Shown here in pieces: positions 27,532 to 38,870 of a DNA stretch of 64,000 nucleotides. The notes under the pieces are model-generated. The model saw only the letters and a program-made list of their open reading frames with translations, was not told the DNA's origin and made no database searches. The DNA lies in NCBI RefSeq assembly GCF_006345805.1, contig NC_042997.1:192882001-192946000 (forward strand). Reading direction: 5' to 3'. Both the position numbers and the translations under genes were made by a program. How positions within the stretch are numbered: the stretch's first letter is position 1; each line of letters starts with the position of its first letter. The DNA is from Octopus sinensis. Its lineage: Eukaryota.

Positions 27532-30500
27532 ATCCAAACATGAAAACATAAAGAGAAAACACAACAACGCGAGGATGTGGAACAAGTATAGTGTTATTGG
27601 ACACTCAGGAAAGGAAAGAAAGGAGGAGGACTTATTGTTTCGAGCGGAGCTCTTCGTCAGAAACATAGGAAAAGGAAAGATCCAAGGAAGGGAAGACGGA
27701 GGAGAAAAATTGCCAATGGTACACACGCAGTCACATTTTGAATGACCAGAAGGGAATGAGATATATATATATATATAGTTGAAATGCATAGACAAACAAA
27801 AAACGAAAACAGGTGTATGAACCACAAGCAAGTGTATTAGTTTGACGCTCAGGAAAAATAAAAAAGTCTTTTACATTTCAAGCCTATGCTTTTCAACAGA
27901 AAGGAATAAGACAAAATAAACAGAGAGAGAGAATGAAAAAAACTTGTAGATTTCAGTGGTCCATGCATCTAACCCATGCCAGCATGGAAAACAAATGCTA
28001 AATGTTGATGATGTTATGCTTAGAAGCAATGCACATTACCAGAATATTTTTACTCAAATCAAATGGAACAAACTATTCAAATCCTTGTTAGAATATTCAC
28101 ATAAATGGCGTTGGAACAGCCGAGTTTGTATTGGCAAAGTCGTATATACGCACATTATATATACTCATATGTATATGTGTGTGTCCATTCTATATTTACA
28201 TGTGTATGATCAGAGCCTATTATGCACTTGGGCCAGTCACTGGTTTGAGGGTATCTTCCCTCAATGCCTTCTCAGTTGTACAAAGTATAATATATTGAAA
28301 TGTATCAACTGAAGAAGGTCTTGCATAATTTCCTGTTATCTATTACATAATGATCTGAAATATACATATTAAATGCTTTCAAAATATCACTATCTGGCTT
28401 GACCTTATTATTCTATATAACAGTAACGGTTAAGATTTATTGTTATAACGGCATGTTGTATGATGTGAAAGATGAACAATGCATGAAGTTTTAAAAAAGT
28501 ATTTATTTACCGTTACATTAAAATACCTTGCCTCGACGGGCAGGTTTTGATACATCCTAAAGCATGCGAAGTAAAGTTTGTGCTTGTGTCCTCTTCATTG
28601 CTTAGCAGTAATTACAGAGAGATAGATAGAATGATGTTGTAAGAGAACAGAATTAGAGCTAGTGAGAGTTGTAGGGTGTTGTCTCACAGTTGCTGACAGT
28701 AAACTTCATTTCTCCCTCTGACCAAGGTTCTAGCTAGTCAGTCAGACTAGTTGTCACCGAAGTGGCTAACTGGTTGAGTCGCCACCATGTGACTGGATCA
28801 TTTTTGCTTGGGGTGTTCTTGCTTTTATAATTATCCAAAAGGATAGATATATCATTCAGAACAATAGAGTTAGTTTGTGGTCTTGTTATCTCTATTCTAG
28901 CCTTTGGTGAAGTAGAAGAGGTAGGTTATAAGGGTCAAGCAATGTACAGGTTGAGCTAATATAACTATAATGGAATAAAAGAGGGACAGGCAGTTGCAAG
29001 GCATCAAGTCAACATTTATACAGAAGAGAATAAAAAAATATAAAAATTTAGCGGAAAACTAAGAGAATCTGGAGAGTGAAAGTTCATACTGATTTGGCAT
29101 AGACAGGAAATTCACAGTCCATCTTTGATTCTATCACACACACATATATATATATATCATCATTTAACATCTGCTTTCTATGTTATATGATCTGGCTGGG
29201 AACCAGCGAGATGCAGGGCTGTGTCAAGCTCCAGTGTCATCTTTAGCATATAATCAACAGCATGATGCCCTTCCTAATGCCAATTACATTACAGCAAGTA
29301 CTGTGTGCTTTTTTCATGCCACCAGTACTAGTGAAGTTGCCATGTATCTTGCAAGACAAAAGAAGAGAAGGAAAGAGGAAAAGTTCCCACTACTAAGAAG
29401 TATACAAAACATTTTTCAAACCTATCTTAGCAAAATTAAAATTTGACTATAACAGGTATGGTTATTATAACAAATAATTATTACAATACTATAGTTAATT
29501 TTAAGATAGGAGTGTCAAAAGTTTATTCTCTGGAATAGCCACAGGGTAGGGACCCCATAGAAAATGTTACTCTTTTCCCTATCTGTATACATATCTTTTG
29601 TTTGAGTTATTAGCATTAAGACTTTCTCCAAAATTTTTACTTGAAACAACATTGAATAAAGTTGAAGAGATAAGATCTTATTGAATGTCAGAATTGACAC
29701 TAGAATCAATAAGCAATGTGGTCAAACCACATAAAGAGATTACGCAAGTCTAGAGTGAGGTGTCAAACTGAGTGGATGTTTCCATGGCTTGCCAAATCAA
29801 CCTCAGAGAAAACAATACTGCAAAAGTTGGGCATCACATCCTCATCTCCCATCAAAGACATTGAATGATGTTGATGGTAATGTGATACCCAACTCAGAGA
29901 AGTGAAAGGGAAGAGAGTTTAACACTAAGTATAATGACAGTTAAGACCAGCTCTATGAATATGTAAGGGTTTACGATGAGATATCAAGTTATTAATTATT
30001 GTTGTAGCAAAGAGAAATCTAAGAATCGAAGCAGATGCAACTGACACAAAATCAAAGCTTGAAGTTAATACCAAATGTACTTAATAAACATATTTATCTA
30101 AATTAAAACAAAACAATATTTTCAAATATTTATAGATACCTGTGTTTGCTTTTATTACATCTTACTATAATATAAGTTTATAATTTGTTTAGAACAGTGT
30201 AATTTGAATTAGATAAAGCTATGAATAATAGTATGAAAATGTTAAGTAGAAAAAGGCTTTTGAATACAAAAATTTAACTTTTTAGCTAATTTTTAACCCA
30301 ATATTTACATGGCATTGTTTATAGCTATATCTAACCCAAGTTCCACCTTTCAAAATAAATAATTTCTCTCTTGAATTTTCTAAACCCATATGATATAAAT
30401 AGTAAACAATTATCATTGGTAAGAACAAAGTTTCTAAAATAGATTGAGAATTTCAAATGATTGCTTTTGTCCAATGGTAGAATGTCTGTCATGTTTACAA

Positions 30501-31767
30501 AAGATGTGCTAGTTCGAGTCTCACAAGCAGCCTTCAACTTCTATTCAAAAGAAGTTTTTTTAACCCAAAATTGACATGCTTCCCTCAGGCTTTGTTGCAT
30601 TGGCATCATCAAGATCAGTGATGGAATAAAGACAGATGCTGAAAGTGAATCAGAGACACATCCTCAGACAAGATCAAGAAAGCAACTGTATGGTGGCACT
30701 AAAGTGACAGCCTGAGGGGAAAAGAGCAACAGCGCGCCTTAAAACCACATGGCAAAGGGCCATTAACAATGAAAGGAGATGAGAAGGGTGGAGAAGCTGG
30801 AAACCAAACAGGGTAGAAAACAAAGATGGTTGAAGAGACTATGTTGTAGTCTTATGGTACAGAGAGAACGAATTAAGTTACATTCTATTATTTATAACTT
30901 TACTTCAAATTCCATTGTTAAAAACAAATTATCTCACATCTCTCAAAGTTTCTAAATCCTTTTGACATAAATATTTTTCATCATCATCATCATCGTTTAG
31001 CGTCCGCTTTCCATGCTAGCATGGGTTGGACGGTTCAACTGGGGTCTGGGAAGCCAGAAGGCTGCACCAGGCCCAGTCTGATCTGGCAATGTTTCTATGG
31101 CTGGATGCCCTCCCTAATGCCAACCACTCCATGAGTGTAGTGGGTGCTTTTTATGTGCCAGGCGAGGCTGGCAAACAGCCACGATCGGATGGTGCTTTTT
31201 ACGTGCCACCAGCACGGAGGCCAGGCGAGGCTGGCAACAGCCACAATCGAATGGTGCTTTTTACATGCCACCGGCACGGAGGCCAGTCGGGGCTGCACTG
31301 GCAACGGCCACGTTCAGATGGTCCTCTTAAGTGCTACTGGCACTGGTATCACAGCTACAATTTCCATTGATGTTGATCGATTTCGATTTTCATATATAAA
31401 ATTTGATTTTATATATAATTTGATTTGATTTTATATATAAAAAATATTATGCCATAGTTCTTATAGATATATTTCATACTAGGTTATTTATATAATCTAT
31501 TTATACGATAAACATTATAACTTATTTATGCAATAAGCATTGATTTTTTAAAAATAAAGTATTGAATGGACAAAAAAAAAACGATAAGAAAATATACATT
31601 GTTAATTTAACATCAAATTGTTTTTACAACTGACCTTCATCAAATTCTTCAAACTCAGCAAATTCATTGTCTTCTATACTGGAATCATACTGACTGCATG
31701 TAATGCAATGAAGAAGTGCAGTCAATAGACTGATGAGGAAAAATAGGTATGATAATGTTGTTTTCAT
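9825..31767 (-). CDS. CCDC47: CCDC47 / PAT complex subunit (calumin), complete spliced CDS, 13 coding exons, 488 aa (gene span)
   Basis: Exon lengths sum to 1467 nt with consistent phases and GT-AG introns. The protein has a signal peptide, [20 protein letters not shown] (TM), [27 protein letters not shown] and [12 protein letters not shown], all recognisable CCDC47 motifs. Confidence 0.95.
11099..11146 (-). CDS. CCDC47: CCDC47 coding exon 12
   Basis: [16 protein letters not shown]; tcatag/gtatgc. Confidence 0.88.
12048..12274. mobile_element. TTAA-flanked MITE, family 2; an inverted copy lies at 26575-26803
   Basis: TTAA|CCCTTTCATTAC...GTAACAAAAGGG|TTAA; interior is the reverse complement of 26575-26803. 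Confidence 0.75.
12332..12499 (-). CDS. CCDC47: CCDC47 coding exon 11 (coiled coil)
   Basis: [56 protein letters not shown]; tatag/gttagt. Confidence 0.95.
13164..13842 (+). mobile_element. Candidate non-autonomous Helitron-like element (different family)
   Basis: A|TCTAATATATT start; small hairpin CCAG-gaaatta-CTGG and GGGTACATCAGCTAG|T end. Confidence 0.5.
14347..14456 (-). CDS. CCDC47: CCDC47 coding exon 10
   Basis: [36 protein letters not shown]; ttgcag/gtaagt. Confidence 0.93.
15229..15287 (-). CDS. CCDC47: CCDC47 coding exon 9
   Basis: [19 protein letters not shown]; ttgcag/gtatgt; phase 2 to 1. Confidence 0.9.
15848..15930 (-). CDS. CCDC47: CCDC47 coding exon 8
   Basis: [27 protein letters not shown]; ttgtag/gtaagt. 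Confidence 0.93.
17548..17655 (-). CDS. CCDC47: CCDC47 coding exon 7
   Basis: [36 protein letters not shown]; tttttag/gtaaag. Confidence 0.93.
19002..19103 (-). CDS. CCDC47: CCDC47 coding exon 6
   Basis: [34 protein letters not shown]; cttag/gtaagt. Confidence 0.93.
22442..22626 (-). CDS. CCDC47: CCDC47 coding exon 5
   Basis: [45 protein letters not shown]; tttacag/gtgagt. Confidence 0.95.
22723..23086 (-). mobile_element. tRNA-derived SINE family C (head ggcgcaggagtggctgtgtggtaag, internal TA/TG microsatellite, tail ..gactgaaacaagtaaaagag); other copies at ~1420-1830(-), 2165-2560(+), 2600-2990(-), 50490-50865(+), 51227-51695(+), 55180-55465(-), 58300-58590, 59445-59840(-)
   Basis: Recurrent ~400-bp sequence with A/B-box-like head (tggtaag..gggttcagtccc) and ggcaagtgtcttct core. 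Confidence 0.9.
23706..23955. repeat. Fold-back palindrome, 119-bp arms with a 12-nt loop
   Basis: 23706-23824 is the reverse complement of 23837-23955 with about 4 transition mismatches. Confidence 0.93.
24639..24813 (-). CDS. CCDC47: CCDC47 coding exon 4 (TM segment)
   Basis: [58 protein letters not shown]; ttttcag/gtaagt. Confidence 0.95.
24871..25096 (-). mobile_element. tRNA-derived SINE family B (ggcgagctggcagaa..gagttcaaattccgccgaggtcgac..gtgggtagtaaagaaatagg); other copies at ~1050-1275, 11530-11760, 15575-15760, 20225-20450, 20690-20905 and a tandem pair at 55965-56370
   Basis: Recurrent ~230-bp sequence with B-box GAGTTCAAATTCC. Confidence 0.9.
25706..25828 (-). CDS. CCDC47: CCDC47 coding exon 3
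   Basis: [41 protein letters not shown]; cttttcag/gtaaat. Confidence 0.92.
27101..27173 (+). pseudogene. tRNA-Asn(GTT) pseudogene
   Basis: Nearly the metazoan tRNA-Asn sequence, with CpG-type transitions, a 1-nt loss in the anticodon stem and a TTTG T-loop (B-box broken); oligo-T terminator 7 nt downstream. Confidence 0.85.
27283..27437 (-). CDS. CCDC47: CCDC47 coding exon 2 (acidic, polyQ)
   Basis: [52 protein letters not shown]; tttacag/gtattt; phase 1 to 0. Confidence 0.88.
30460..30532 (+). pseudogene. tRNA-Thr(TGT)-like relic
   Basis: Acceptor stem ATTGCTT/AAGCAGC, GTCC-AATGGTA-GAAT D arm, TCTGT-CATGTTT-ACAAA anticodon arm, GTTCGAGT T loop; several mismatches. Confidence 0.45.
30540..30870 (+). 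mobile_element. Degenerate RTE-type LINE 3' end
   Basis: Decayed HILRQD..CMVALK*QPEGKRA..R.KTTW, typical of the C-terminus of RTE ORFs. Confidence 0.5.
30978..31390 (-). mobile_element. SINE-like family A with (GAT)n tail and variable internal ggcacgtaaaaagcacc repeats; many copies (e.g. ~850-1050, 10100-10985, 16378-16750, 19245-19595, 47548-47850, 52500-52940, 53105-53370, 55745-55927, 56735-57360, 61626-62100, 63790-64000)
   Basis: Recurrent catcatcatcgtttaacgtcc..ggatgcccttcctaacgccaaccactc..gggtgctttttacgtgcc in both orientations. Confidence 0.9.
31635..31767 (-). CDS. CCDC47: CCDC47 coding exon 1 (signal peptide, [22 protein letters not shown])
   Basis: ATG 31767-31765, 3 nt after a ctttcag acceptor; donor gtcagt. 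Confidence 0.92.
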
Positions 31768-34700
31768 TTCCTGAAAGAAAATAAATATAAAATTAAGGTT
31801 TGCAGCAGGTTTGTGTTCATCAGTACAACTGCTTGTGATGGAGATAAACTAAAATATTCAGACATCAAAATTATAATAACTATAATATAAAAATATGAAA
31901 ACAATTGTGTTAACATTCAGAACATAATTAATGAAGTCAATATTATTTTAGTGCATTATCCAACAATATATTACACAGCAACCAGAAGTATCATTATAGC
32001 AATAGACAGATTCTGCTACATCTTCATGCCCTGGGTATGATTTGAACAGCATGTGGTAGTGGGGCCCTGTATAGGAGTTCAAAGATTTTAAGGAGTGTGG
32101 AACGACCTGACCTGGAGTAGTAGCAGCAGCTATCAGTAGGTATGGGTTAATTAGCATGTCATGGAATTGTCTCTGGAAGGTCACTTACAGATACTCCAAC
32201 AGACTCATGGCAGATGAGCCCCTTCGATTCTTTAGCTGCACATTGAAGAGAAAGTAGCTCCATCTACATCATATATCCTGATAACTACTGGACTCATGAC
32301 ACTTGTTGCACCAGACCAATATAAGTTTGAAGAACAAAACAGTGGGACTGGCTCTACAACAAATCTTGCTCATTTTAAGAATAAAACCCTGTAGTTGTGT
32401 GGAGTAATTATTGAGCATTTAAAAAAAAGGTTAAAAGAGAAAACCCCAATAGAAAATCGAGAGGGAGATGCCCGAAGATAGATATGTAGTTATACTTAAC
32501 CAATGGCCAGATGCCCCTTTTTTGTCTCCAGCCCTCACTTGTTTCCAAATAAAGTAATATTATCCCCAAGGCCAAACATGTTTTCCCTGAAGACTGGAAA
32601 TGAACAACCTTGCATTGTATGGCAACAAGCTTTTATTAAATTCTATAAAATGTACACCAATTTCATGAAGGCTGTCCACGTCTGCTCACAACAACAGTTG
32701 CATTAAAAATAATTAATGAAAGCATGGTACATACTACCTTGTTATACTACTTCTCTTATAAGTAATGTCTATGCTGTGGATAATTGATGATGGCTAAACA
32801 GGGTATAAGAAATCCATCGAGCATACTATCAATTGTTATTTAACCCCAAGTCATACGTGATCGAACAGACCTATGATCAAAACCATTCCAACTGTGACCA
32901 TCCTATCCTTTTTAGGAATATTCTAATGGGTCCTTTCTTCCTCTTTTAAAGGAGGTTAAAAGATGTTATTTGAAGAAAATTTGGCTGTTATTCCTATTAG
33001 TAGAGGCTTCCTAATCTTGTGATACTAATGATTCTTACATGCAATGCATTAGATGCTATTTCAAAGACATCATACGAATGTTGTTAGTAAACAGAAAACA
33101 AGAGCCTAACAAGTGTGTGCAGAACCGGTGTTGTGTGAGTGCATTCATTTAAACTGGACATTAAATAACGTTTCTTTTAAAGTTTACAAATTCGAACCCA
33201 AAATTGGAAATAACTTTTATAAAATAAATAAAAGGCTTGAAACTTTAAATATTTTAATCGGCGTAGTTAGAAAACTGTCGTTTTTATAAAGGAACCAATG
33301 GTGGAGCCTCTGCGCAGTAGTTTGGCTCGCTAGTGATAGCTGCGAAATTTCTCTTAAATCACACCTTAGCATTTTAAATAAAGAAGGTTACATCGGAGAA
33401 GGTTAAACAATGCCGTTATCTCTTATATGTATACATGTATATATATAAAAGGGAGAGGTGGTTACAGCTTTGATCCTAAATCTACTCGATTAAGGATGAC
33501 CGAGGGCTAAATAACACGTTATCTAAACGAACCCATAAATACTAATAATAATAATAATGATAATAATAATAATAATCCTTTCTACTAAAGGCAAAATATA
33601 ATAATATTTATGGAGCATTTAAACTTCATAAATCTAATATAGGCACGAGATTATAATCACGGCGTGACAGCCCAGCGTTTAAGCGGATTTGGGAGTTTTT
33701 TGTTAAATATCCTGTCTATATTATAACTAAAACATTTGCTCAGAATTTAATCGATGTTCAGCTCAAAACTATTTTGATAAGTCACCTTGTTTAAATATCG
33801 TGTACCAGAGCGAAAGAATCACCATCAATGTTGTACTTGGTCCCAGTACTAGGTCAGCCCTAATTGAGCAAATCGAAGGAGGAAAAAAAAACCTATCAGC
33901 TGTGACCATCCCATTTATGCTTATGGCGTAGTGCATATAAAAGGCATTATTCAATTTGTGGTTCTTTAAAACAGTTGGGTTGTGATTTGGCTGCTATTTC
34001 TAACAGGTTGAGCCTCAGAGGAAAGAAAACCATGAAGGTTTTCCTCTGAGGTTAACTCCCCATTCGTGTGAAAAACCGTGAAATTCTGTCTGAACTTAGA
34101 GAAGAACTGTTGAATTAAGCTTCGCTAGAACTTGCAATTCATGCATAATAGCCAGTATATTTGACCACACACATATTCATAATTCATATTTAATTCAGAA
34201 AATGTAATTAATTAAGAGTTAATGATGAAAGAGAATGTACAAAAACTCCCGGCGATCAGGAGTCCGTCTTTAACATGTATGCATTATAAGTACAGAGAAA
34301 ACCCGTGGTGAATCCAAGCAACGATTAATAACTACTCTTGTGAAATAACGCGAATCCTTAGAAAGCAAAACTGGATTGAGTGTAAAGACACATAAAATGA
34401 TATAAAAGATGTGATAAATGAAATAAAGCAGAAAATAAAAGACATATTTACCGAGAACTGAAATATCCCTTTTACGGCGTTCTAACTTCTCACCCGAAAT
34501 ACTTTCCCACAGGAGAGCTCTTAAGAATTATCTCCCTTGTCGAACCTGAGTGCTTAAGAGTCTTCTATGTCTTACTTTCCTTGCGAAACTTCGATCATAT
34601 TTCTGTATAAAAGTCTTAACCAAGTCTCTGCTTATATGTCGATAGTTGTATGATGCTGCATCGCCAAACTGTTTGTGCTTTGTACACGCTCTACTTACAG

Positions 34701-34961
34701 GCTTTCATTTCTTGAACAATGGCGCAGCACGAACCTCGTTTTTTCTTTTGGGCCAAGGCGATGGGGGTGGATAACTCTTTAGCCAATTCGTCACTGATAT
34801 CTCTCTACCTTTCAACTAAACTCAACTATCTCTGGGTTGTATTACTATTACGGCAACATTTGTGTTTGTCGTATTACTATTCTAAATCCAAAATACCGTT
34901 GGAATTGGCTCTTCACTTAATTTCTCTATGGCCAATAAAACCTTGTGATATAAACAGTAAA

Positions 34962-35160
34962 TTCGACATGGGTTATCAATCCCCTCAATTCTTCACAATG
35001 TACGAAGGCGTTGCACTGACACGCCTGCACCTCGGGCATGTGGGAGGGTGCTAACTCCATGCCTTGACAACCTCTCTCGAACTGGCAAGGGCGATCGGTA
35101 GCACAACCAGGCCAGGGATTTCTGGAAGCTATCCAGATACCTCGGCCCGAATGTTCCGAA
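34962..35160 (-). mobile_element. Second ~200-bp fragment of the same Tx1-like LINE (CCHC region)
   Basis: Direct repeat of ~37915-38125 (ttcgacatgggttatcaatcccctc..gatacctcggcccgaatgttcc) with scattered substitutions and an indel. Confidence 0.8.
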
Positions 35161-35985
35161 CAGAGCTGAGTGAATTATAGTCTTTCTCATTTTTTCGCAG
35201 AGGTTGACTTCTGCCTTTCGTCCTAGTTGAGCACTGAGTTCGATGTAATCCACTTACCCTTCCCCTAAAATTGCTGGCCTTGTGCTAAAATTTGAAGCCA
35301 TTATTTATTTTTTTATTTTTTGGTGGCAGTGGGGAATTTGTTTTTTAGGTTATTTCCTTTTCAAGACTTCTACAGTGTTTATCTCCAGTTTCCGAGATCT
35401 TGAGAAAATGAGTGAGGCAAATTCTTACTGAATATGATGCCTGCCTATTATCTGAAGTAATTTTTCTCTCAATAGTAACGTAACTCAGCACGGCAGAGAA
35501 ATGTATCATTAATTTTACACTGCTGTCGTTGCTTATATAATTATTCAGTAACTAATTTGGATTGACTTGATGATTGTGAACATATCATTGATGGCATATT
35601 TTATCTGGTGAACATCAACAATGCCCGGCCGACTCATTCTCTTCCATTATTGCCGCATACCGGGGACATAGTTTTGTTCACCCCCATTGTCTTCACTATG
35701 CAGTTTCTATCCACTTCCCTCGTTGCTTACAGACAGATTGACCCTGACACTCTCGTCTGCTATCATATTTGTATCACCACCTCATTTTGATTGGAATGCT
35801 GACACTGTCCGTCCGATTTTTTTTCTACCGAGTCGGTCTCTTCCTCCACTCTCGTAGATGTTAAATGACAGCTTTATTGCATTTTATGCGCACGTGCAAG
35901 TCAACATTTGAAACAAACAATATGCCACAAAAGATATCATAGTTATTCAAACCAAGAGTTTAGCAAACTGGCCTTGTGACCAATA

Positions 35986-37248
35986 CGAGGGACGTTCAAT
36001 AAGTAATACCCCTGACCCACTTGCAGTTGTTTGATCTAGCTGAAATTTTGCATGTGCAATTATTTATATCTCTATAGATTAAGTGGCAAATTACAGCTCT
36101 GAACTAATTGTGGTTTCTGATTTACAGGTGTTTGAACTGAGTCAAGTGTGAAATGGAGCCTGTTGAGTGTCGAGCAGTGATCCGGTTTTTGTATTTGAAA
36201 GGACGCACACCACGGGAGACTTTTGATGAAATGAAAGTAACTTATGGTGATGATGCCCCATCATATGACCTTGTAAAACGCTGGCATCGTGAATTCAAAC
36301 ATGGTCGGAACTCTGTGGAAACAGCTCCCAGATCTGGTCGCCCCCTTCTGCCATTGATGAGGCATCCATCCGTCAAGTTGAGGCTGCCATTTTGGAAAGA
36401 CGACGCATAACTATTCGCAAAATAGCCCATGAGGTCAAGATTAGTACCGGGTCTGTGGAAACTATCATTCATGACCATTTGCATATGCAAAAGGTGTCAG
36501 CAAGATGGATTCCCAGGTTGCTCACACCTTTCCAGAAGCAAGAATGCGTCGAGTGCTCGAGGATGATTTTGGAGATGTGTCAAGAAGATAAGTCAAAATT
36601 TTTCAAAAGACTGATTACACAGGATGAAACCTGGGTCCATCACTATGATCCAGAGACCAAAGCCCAGTCAATGCAGTGGAAACACCGTGACTCACCTCCT
36701 CCAAAGAAGGCAAGGGTGCAGCCGTCCGCTGGCAAGGTCTTCTGGGACCAGGACAGAGTAGTGATGACAGATTTCCTGGCAAAGGGTACCACAATTACAA
36801 GAGCCTATTATGCTACACTTTTGAGGAAATTAAGAGAAGCTATCAAAATCAAGAGGCGGGGCAAGACCAGCAAAGGCATCCTCCTCCTGCAAGACAACGC
36901 TCCGGTCCACAACTCGCGTGTCGCCAGATCAGAAGCACAGGCGTGCGGCTATGAACTCCTCCCCCCATACCCCCTACACTCCTGACCTTGCACCCTCTGA
37001 TTTTCACCTCTTCCCAGCCATGAAGTTGTTTTTGAAAGGAAAGCGTTTTCCAGATGATGCAGCCTTAATTTCTGAAGTCACGTCGTGGTTGGAGGACCAA
37101 GCTGGGGTCTTCTACAAAAACGGTCTCCAGAGCTGCATCAAACGATGGGAGAAATGCGTAACTCTGAGTGGTTCCTATGTAGAAAAAGACTAATAACAGT
37201 GCCAAGTTTCGTTGCTCTACTGCTATGGGAATGGGTCAGGGGCATTAC
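35986..37248 (+). mobile_element. Tc1/mariner (DD34D mariner) transposon, decayed; right TIR truncated
   Basis: TA followed by left TIR CGAGGGACGTTCAATAAGTAATACCCCTGACCCA. Transposase in three frames (36153-37193) has WIPRLL, QDETW, QDNAP and PYTPDLAPSDFHLF. The right end keeps only tgggtcaggggcattac (37232-37248). Confidence 0.93.
36153..37193 (+). pseudogene. mariner transposase pseudogene (two frameshifts, ~36347 and ~36965; short in-frame deletion near 36738)
   Basis: ORFs 36153-36410, 36392-36985 and 36918-37193 are successive parts of one mariner transposase. Confidence 0.9.
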
Positions 37249-37559
37249 CACCTCACCGACCTCTGACGTTTAATGCAACTTCCATATGTATGTGAATAAT
37301 CTGAGTAGATAACTTGTAGGTTTCTCAGCAGCTGATTAGGAATGTTCTTTTTCTTATTAATTTTGAATGAAATGTATATATCCACTGGACGTGTGATTCC
37401 AACGTTATAGAGGTTTTTCTGTTACATACAATTATAGCTTGTCTATTATGCTTTCATTTAGAAGTTTGTATGGTAACGTTCTACCCATGTTGGGATGTGT
37501 GTATATATATATATAACGGTTATTTCTTAGTTGCAGATGAGGGTCACCAATTGTAACGG

Positions 37560-38870
37560 TTGGTTTTTTTTCTTTCTTTTCCGTTTTGACCGGCTACACT
37601 AGCGCGGCCCCATTCACTCTCAACTTCCTGGCGAAATTTGCCCATCTTTTCTCAAACGTTCTTTGAAACAGGCATCTCTTCTCCAGACTGATCTTTCTGG
37701 ACATGTGGTAGTTGAAGTAACACACCAACCCACGTCCGGAGATAAAGTTGCTCGTCTCAATTCCCCTTCCACGCGTCACCCATACCGTATCTTTCAGCAT
37801 GGCTACTGTGTAGAAAAAGGACGCATCCTTTTCCTTATTCAAGGAAGGAGGCGGTACAATCTTGACGATAGACTCAGTCGATAACCGTACTCTTTCCGTT
37901 TCCGACATCAGTTGTTCGACATGGGTTATCAATCCCCTCAATTCCTCACAATGTATGAAGGCGTGCGTGACAGTTTCACTGACACGCCCGCACCCCGGGC
38001 ATGTAGGAGGGTGCTAACTCCATGCCTTGACAACCTCTCTCGAACTGGCAAGGGCGATCGGTAGCCAACTAGGCCAGGGAATTCTGGAAGCTATCCAGAT
38101 ACCTCGGCCCGAATGTTCCAAACAGGTTGACAAGCTGGTCCCCATCGAAGCCCAGAATCTTTCCCAGGACGTCTCGGACATGTACTTTACCAACTCGCTA
38201 TAAAAATTCTCAGTGGTAACCTCGCTGCCGGTATTGCTCGCCGGGAGGAATAGAGTGAGTGCTTGTCTGCACTCACTTTGCTATTCGTCCATTTTCGGTC
38301 TTCACTTGATCTATGTGCCCACGTCAGTTAGGGACGTCAATTGTGGAAGAAAGAACTTGACATGCGGTGACCACACCTACTCACCATCCAGAGATTTATC
38401 AGCCTCAGCGCAGACTTGTGCATCATCAACCCACCCTTTAACGGTTTCTGGCAGCAGATTGAGCGCCTCACAAGTTGTGGTTTCCCAATCTGCAAAAAGT
38501 GGAACAGGATCCGTTCCAACTTGGTTAGTTACACACCGAGGCAAGGCACGATGTTTAGGCGGTAGGTTATCACAGATGCTATAAACACCTGTGCAACCTC
38601 CGCTCTCCCTAGAAAGGATAGCGTCCTCCCAGACCAGGTCTAGGTTATGGCCGTCACCTTGCTTGTGAACTCGCTCCAGTTTTTATCCAGATCCCAAGCA
38701 TCGGTTCTTAGTAACTGACTTTGGCTTACGGAGTTTTTGTTTTTATAACTATCCAAAACCAACCAGACGGATAGACATTTTGTTGAAAACAATAGATTTC
38801 GTTGGCGGTCTGTTATCGCTATTCTAGCTTTTGGTGACCTAGAAGAGGTTAGAAGGGTCAAGTAGCAAAG
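37560..38870 (-). mobile_element. Tx1/L1-clade LINE, 5'-truncated 3' portion of ORF2, degenerate
   Basis: Minus strand gives WSGRTLSFLGRAEVAQVFIASVITYRL..LERILFHF..VRRSICCQKPLKGGL, then the CCHC motif CPGCGRVSETVTHAFIHC and a C-terminal ..FEKRW..RVNG; A-rich end near 37560. Confidence 0.75.

Noticed and set aside
28430-29105. Possible solo LTR (TGTTAT..CA, AATAAA, distinct composition)
   Set aside because: I could not find a TSD or a second copy in the window, so the boundaries cannot be supported.
35520-35830. Acidic peptide fragments on the minus strand suggesting a transposase N-terminus
   Set aside because: Interrupted by stops, with no diagnostic motif and no TIRs.
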